Origin: Eledone cirrhosa
Lineage: Eukaryota
Direction: 5' to 3'
DNA: 64,000 nt
Assembly (NCBI GenBank): GCA_964016885.1
Contig: OZ024750.1
Coordinates: 14,570,001-14,634,000 of the forward strand
Part shown: in pieces, positions 41,411 through 64,000 of the stretch
Position numbering within the stretch: the first letter of the stretch is position 1
Layout: each line of letters starts with the position of its first letter
Notes under the pieces: generated by a model
The model's input: only the letters and a program-made list of their open reading frames with translations
Told to the model about the DNA's origin: nothing
Databases searched by the model: none
Program-made: the position numbers and the translations under genes

Positions 41411-42204
41411 AAGAGGGTGAGAGAGAGAGAGGGGGGAGAGAAAGAGAGAGGGAGAGAGTAATCTCAACTTAATTAATATCTCGCAGTATTTAGTTCTCTT
41501 TCGTTCTACACCCTGTTCCCGTATTTAGGTTTTTTTTTACTATCTTTCTGAAATCAATAAAATAAGTACCAGCCATATTAAAGTAATGATTCAATCAACT
41601 ATATATTTCCACTTCAAATTTATGGCCGTATTTAGCATAGAACCTGCTGGTATGATGAATCAAAACTAACTATATTTGTTTCTTCGAGAGCTTATCTTGA
41701 AATCGTTTTGACAAGGAATTCAAATCAGGACACACATTTGCTTTACTGCTAACTTCCCAGGCACAAATTCTGGGTATAGCAAATTATTTTCAATGGTAAA
41801 TTCAATAAATTAGGATCAACATAGAAGCGCCAATATTTTGTTTAAAGGCGAAAAAAAAAAAAAATCAAGTTGAGATAACAAAATTATTGTGTGAACATTG
41901 GTTAGGGGACAAACATTGCTGCTAAAACATTTAAAATAGATTTTAATACATTTAAAATAGATTTTAAAACATTTAAAATAGGTTTTAACAAACATTTGGC
42001 GTATCTTTTATTTATTAAAAAACGAAGCTCTCTTCCAAAAACATGGAACCCGTTGTCAACCTTTTCTTCAGGAGTCAGCAGAATATAGGCGCATATACTT
42101 CCTATATTCTGCAAGATATCCTTCGGTAATTTGTAACTGAAACAGCATTTATTATTACCTTTTAACTGGCCTTGTGCCAAAAGTAGAAACAATTATTACC
42201 TTTT

Positions 42205-42397
42205 AAGGCGGTGGATTGGCAGTATCGGTAGAGGGTCGGACGCCATGCTTTGCAGCAAAGAGTTACGGCCCTTGCCATTCTGAGTTCAAAACCCGCCGAG
42301 GTTAACTTTGCCTTTCATCCTTACGAGGTCGATAAAATAAAGTACCAGTAATACACTGGGTAATTGCTGGCCTTGTGCCAAAAGTAGAAACAATTAT
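42205..42397 (+). mobile_element. Representative of an abundant ~190-bp tRNA-related SINE (>20 copies in window)
   Basis: ggtggattggcagtatcggtagag...gagttcaaa(B box)...gcctttcatccttacggggtcgataaaataaagtaccagt...gtagaaacaattatt. Approximate copies: 941-1120, 2500-2680, 4361-4550, 6573-6762, 12650-12790, 16818-17020, 17538-17725, 20008-20215, 21120-21270, 22283-22472, 22757-22892, 29860-29968, 30132-30316, 30337-30496, 32059-32242, 36651-36840, 43676-43858, 46070-46270, 53165-53330, 53347-53535, 53763-53960. Confidence 0.9.
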
Positions 42398-43280
42398 TAC
42401 CTTTTAAACCATATTTTATGGATAAGATGTTTAGCAAAGTATTTAAGCTCATACGATTGTGCAATTTTAAATCAACAATATTGATGATAAAATGTCAGTA
42501 TTTGAATATGGCAAAATAAATAGTTTTAATGCTAAATCAGAAAGGTTTTTGAAATGATTTTCTCTGGCAGAATATAGGAAACTTCAACCCCCCAAATGAA
42601 ATGGTATTCGAGACTTCACCCAGGGTAGCTGGGCTTATTAGTTTGAGGCTGGTTAGAATTTTTGAACTTAATATCTGTATGTATAACTTTTCAATTCCAA
42701 TTACTTGTGCCAAGCTAACTCTGATATGCAGAATTGGGGGTGCTGTGTATTCTAATTTTTTTTGTGCATGAAGGGCCCCCAAACCTGAAGTCACTCAGCC
42801 CCTCCCTCCGGGTCTAAATCCCACCCTGACAACAGAACCTCCTAGCTTCTTCATAACTTCCATTGCTTCCCGTTTTTTCTTTATCTTTTTTTTATGCCCA
42901 TTTTGCCTCCAGTTGGCTTTCCCTATTTAAATTCTTTATTTTTTATTTTTATTTAAAGACATTTTAGTTTCAATTTTATTTTTATTTTTATATTCACATA
43001 TTTCTATCTACCTTGCCTTTGTTTGTTTCTCAACTAAGAAGTATTAGATACTACCTCTAGTCTATGATGGCTTACTAGCTCTATACGGACGTTTAAATTG
43101 GTTAAATAGATAAATAAATAAATTATTCCTAATTAAATGTGATATATTTTTAATTAACTTATAGAATAATGAAAACCAAAACAAAGATGTTAAATCGAAA
43201 TGTTAGACAAGGTTTTCATTAGCTTTTATATTATTTTTAAAAAATCAAGGCTAAATATTTATTTAATCAGATTGAATTTG

Positions 43281-43399
<119 letters not shown>

Positions 43400-43898
43400 C
43401 CTGAAGGTTTATAGATATTCATGGCGGCATTTTTCTAAAAAAGATAATGTAAATATAAATAGGAAACTAATAGAATCACTTATCTGTACAGCACTCTTTG
43501 ATTTGAAACATCTAGTGTGATGTTTTATAATTCGGATGTCATGGTACATTGAAAGCCCATCAACATCGTCAAGGAATGTTGCAAAACTATTGTATTGACA
43601 ACAGAATAGGAGTATTCGAATTTTAAGATATCTAAAAATATTGCAAAATACTGATACAGTTGTAAAATAAAAGGAGATGGATTGGCGTAACCGTTACGGC
43701 TCTTATGTTCTGAGTTCAAATCCTGCCGGCGTTAACTTCCCCTTTCATCCTTCCAGGGTCAACAAAATAAAATTCCAATCAAGTGTTGTGTCGATTTAAT
43801 CGACCCCCCCCCCCCCTCCTCCGAATGTTTTGTCTTGTGTCTACTTTAGAAACAATTATATATTAAATTCTAACATTCTAACCTTGTCTTGTTTCCAG

Positions 43899-59325
<15,427 letters not shown>

Positions 59326-61077
59326 ATTGTTTGTAAGTTTTAACTATTATTTTATATTTTTCAGTCTTTTACATTTTATTAAAACGAAAAACAGAATTCA
59401 TTATACTAATTATATATAGTCAGAAAACAGCACAGCTCCCATGACTTTCGGAAACATTTTTTCACGCTCAGAGTTGTTGAAGTATGGAACAAACTACCTG
59501 CATCAGTTGTTAGCTTCCGGGACACTGTATCCTTGAAAACCTCCATGCTTCCAGAAATTCGCCAAGACTAGACCTCAAAATTTACAATGAAATAAAAATA
59601 TTTGATACTGCTAGTATTGAAAGTTCAAACATCTGCTTAATTGTATTAAATTGTAAAATCATGACAAAATTTATTCATTTTCAATTAATTTCAGGGTATT
59701 AATTAATGAAGAATGGCAGCAACATAAGATATACAAGACAGTGGTGCCAATATATCCAAGATCTTTATATTGGTAATAAGGCAGAATAAAGTAATTTAAA
59801 AAAAAATAAAAAAAAAATAAATAAATAAATAAAATAAAATTTGTTGTTGTTTTGCTTAACATAAAATGAAGAATTTTGTTACCATATTTCTAATGAAAGA
59901 CACTGCTAATTTCATTAACCATTTTGTTACCATATTTCAAGTGAAAGACACTGCTAATGTCATTAACTATTTTGTTACCTTATTTCTAGTGAGACACTGC
60001 TTATGTCATTAACCCTTTTGATACCATATTTCTATTGAAAGACACTGCTTATGATTTTCAAATCATTTTGAAAATAATCAAGAATTTGGAGGAATTTCAC
60101 TCTCTCATTATCAAGCTGGTGTTTGGAGTATAACTTAACAAAGGTTCTTACCTAAAATTCTGATGGAAGGTTTTTCGATAAATATAAACACTTTAAAATA
60201 TAGTTTAATTAGATGAAACCGAGGGTTTAGTATCAAAAGTGTTAATAAAAGTGAAAAGAATACAGTAGTCCACTGATTTTTATCATGTTTCTAATCCTAT
60301 GATGATAATTGAAGTATTCAATTGTAATTAAGAAGTAATTAAAATGAAAGAGATCATTAGCTAAAATGTCTTCATTTAGTGTTACAGGTAATTCAGTTAA
60401 AATGTGACCATTCTTCTTTAAGACTTACAAACATAATGCTGAGGATTTGATTCCTTGACTGGGTTGTGTGTTGAGTTCTTAAGCAAAACACTTCATTTCA
60501 TATTGCTTCAGTATATTCAGCTGAAAGCGAGTACCATCAATAGCTGGGGTTTAACTCTGTGATTGACTGGCGTCCTATCTTGTCGCTTCATGCCATAGAT
60601 ACTGGCATCAGCACCGGCCTGGTGAACCTCCAAGCTTAAGACAGACTTTAATATGTAATAATGGATTGTGGTCATGCTGAAGCACCATCTTCAAGGTTGA
60701 TAAGTACCAGTTCAGTACTGGGATAGTTTTTTCCCTCTGTATCTCTTTCTCTCAAAGAAATTGGCTGGGTTCTGACCTTAAGAGCAGTTGCTCCCTGCCA
60801 GGTTTAAAACGCTCAAGACACACTTTACACCAGTATGGTGCCCCTACAACTCCATCAGGAGTTATAGGTCAATACATATACTAAGTTCAGTACTCCTTTT
60901 ATCAATCTCATGAGAAATGAAAAGCAGATAGGTTGCCCTTCTTTAACCCTTTAGCATTTAAACCGGCCATATCTGGCCAGAATTCTCTCACTACCTTCTG
61001 TTTAAACCAGCTGCTTAAACTGATATTAAAGTATTGTTCTCAAAATAAATAATATCAAAATCTCATAGATTCGATAT

Positions 61078-61557
61078 TATGTGAGATAAAGTCTTTACCA
61101 TGAAAATACAATAGTAAATATAGAGTTATATAAATGTTATGTGAGATAAAGTCTTTACCATGAAAATACAATAGTAAATATAGAGTAATATAAATGTTAT
61201 GTGAGATAAAGTCTTTACCATGAAAATACAATAGTAAATATAGAGTTATATAAATGCTATGTGAGATAAAGTCTTTACCATGAAAATACAATAGTAAATA
61301 TAGAGTTATATAAATGTTATGTGAGATAAAGTCTTTACCATGAAAATACAATAGTAAATATAGAGTTATATAAATGCTATGTGAGATAAAGTCTTTACCA
61401 TGAAAATACAATAGTAAATATAGAGTTATATAAATGTTATGTGAGATAAAGTCTTTACCATGAAAATACAATAGTAAATATAGAGTTATATAAATGTTAT
61501 GTGAGATAAAGTCTTTACCATGAAAATACAATAGTAAATATAGAGTTATATAAATGC
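61078..61557. repeat. 60-bp tandem repeat x8 inside piggyBac-like MITE
   Basis: gtgagataaagtctttaccatgaaaatacaatagtaaatatagagttatataaatgttat repeats line by line. Confidence 0.96.
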
Positions 61558-64000
61558 TAAAGGGTTAAAGATAGATAACTTGATCAGATTTAAATACTGT
61601 AAGGAATTTCTTCTCTTACTGGTTTTTCTTCATAGTGTGCCAATATAAAACACATATGCAATGGACTTCCACAGTTTCTGTCAATTACTTTTTACTTCAT
61701 TGGTCAAGAGGTTGCTGGCATTAATAATGAATTGGACATTTCCATTCTAGGTAGCTTACAAGGAATACAAAACACTTGCCCCCGAAACAAATGTCTTTAA
61801 CCACATGGTTATACCTGTACACTTAAAGAGAGCATTTAATGAACATTTTAAATTAAGTGAAATTCAAATTAAAACATAACAAGAATTACTTTTTTATTAC
61901 TTTATTTATACATTTTTTTTATTTATTTATAGCAAATCATTTTTGAAACCTTAACTCCATTCTTCATATATTCCTGACAGATTTAAATAAAATCAGTTCT
62001 CTGTGATAGAAGTAAAAGAACTAGTGTGAACTTATCACTAAGCCAGATATCCCATGAGAGGACAAGGAAAGAAGGGGGCAGGGGGAAATGAGAAAACAGA
62101 AATTGCTGGTAATAATGAATTGGATATTTTCTTTTCTAGGTAGATAACGAGGAATACAAATATACCTGGAAATAGCATACCAATCCAGACCAGTATGAAG
62201 ATTGGGAGAAGGGGATAAATTACATTTCTTAATTTACTTTTAAATGTTTAAGCTTACAATAAGCAAAAGCAAATAATTGGGGATTGTAGACAATGGCAGT
62301 GCCCCAGCATGGCCTCAGCCTGTCGGCTGGAACACGTAATAGAGTAAGCTGAAGAAATTCTCTATCTCTCCCTTATTTGGAGGTTATTTTTTTTAGAATT
62401 TTCATTATCTTCAATATTTTTTCTTTTTTTTTTTTTTTGGCTTTTCCATTTTAATTGATATTTTTTAATTAGTGTCACAAAAAAAAACAAACAAAACAAA
62501 ATAAACATGCAAGCTTCTTTCAAAATGTTTATGAAAAAAAAAAAAAAATCAGACAACAGAATTCCACAATGCAAATCTACATTTCACATGCCTTATGAGC
62601 TTATTTATATCACAAAGAAGCAAATAAAGTGGGGATTGAGAGAGAGAGAGAGAGGGTGTAACTGAAAGAATTACTTCAAGCTGTGTATGGATGAGGGGTT
62701 ATATACTCTTTCATCAAAATGTTTGTATGGTAATAAAAGGGGGTGGGGAGAGAAAAGAATTTGGTAATTTCTAAGGATCCTAAGTTAGTAGATTGAGTAG
62801 GGAAGAATTTACAAATAATTTGAAACACTCAGGTGAGCTGTGACGAGGCAACAAATTACTTGGAAAGAAATTCCCTTGATTATCAATTAATTAAGATCTC
62901 ATACCAAAAAGAATTTTTTTATTTTTTATTTTTATTTTTTGATGGAATAATGATTCAGAAGGTAGAAAATCTATTTCTCAGCATATTTCAAAGGTGGAGA
63001 TGGAAAAATAAAACCTATATAAAAAAAATGTTGGTTATAAAATTAAAAAAGAAAAGGAAATACAGGATGTATGTATCAAAGAATAGGATCAAATGCCAAT
63101 AATTATGTAGAATGGAATTCTGAAAGATTATTTTCTAATTTTCTTCATCATTAGTTATCTGTCCAAATGAATATACGAAATTGTTACATTTTAAATGGGA
63201 TGTTTGATAGGAATTTTATGTTTTACTTTTGAAAATTCATCTAAATGAATTTAGTTTTTCTTTTTTTTTTTGTCTTTGCTTCTCTATAACATACATCAGT
63301 AATGAAACGAAGTTTACCAAAACAAAACAAAGTACCAATTAATGGCACAAAGTGGAAAAAGAATTGAACAGTTGGTAATTATAAGTGAAAAGTCAAAGTA
63401 ATTATCATAATCCTCCATCTCAGTGCAAGTTTACTTTTAAATACAAAACAAGAGAGTTTCAACTACCTTTAATTTTTTTTATTATTTATTTATTAACATA
63501 AAAGCAAGGAACTGATATTTCCTTCAGTTTTAAATTTGAGAAAAATTGCCAAGATTTTATGTTTATAAATATATCCAATGGACAAAAATCACCAGAATTT
63601 AAGGTAGCAATATAACCTTGGCATAGGATATACCTAAATATGAACAGATCAATATCTGTATACTTGAATGAGAAGTTATTATTAAGTAATTAAATACTTT
63701 AAGATGTTACATCTTAAAAATATAATTGCATACCTAGCTTAGTGTGTCTCACACAAGTGAAAAACATATATGCTACATTATATTTTACTAATATCAAAGA
63801 GCAGTTCTGCAACCAAGACTGTGGTGGTGTTAAACTTCAAATTCCACTCATGATTTTTAGATAAGATAAAATACAAGAATGTTTTCCTTTCTTCAGCAAC
63901 AATATTTGCATAGATACCTCCAGCTTCAAATGATTTAACTTCTGAAATGTTCAGTCAATTTTTATTGATTTAATTTGATTGTGGTTTTTTGTTTTGAAAT

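Overview
AT-rich, microsatellite- and repeat-dense animal genomic DNA; the SINE/MITE content and GH18 genes suggest an octopod cephalopod (inference). I reconstructed by hand two divergently transcribed, intact GH18 chitinase genes with 10 coding exons each. Gene A is on the minus strand (CDS 18012->3578, 464 aa) and gene B on the plus strand (CDS 43899->59325, 465 aa). Both have a signal peptide, a DxxDxDxE motif, a C-terminal CBM14 and identical intron phases. The rest is tRNA-derived SINEs, hAT/piggyBac/Tc1-like MITEs, LINE relics (Tx1, RTE, RLE-type, CR1), a decayed Penelope-like element and minisatellites, including a ~3 kb 71-bp array. The most striking unexplained signal is a set of small non-coding inserts at (TA)n tracts. 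They are unrelated in sequence but carry minimal type I hammerhead ribozyme motifs, often duplicated as perfect 50-183 bp palindromes, and the duplication stops just before a shared subterminal hairpin. All coordinates were read by eye; repeat boundaries are approximate.
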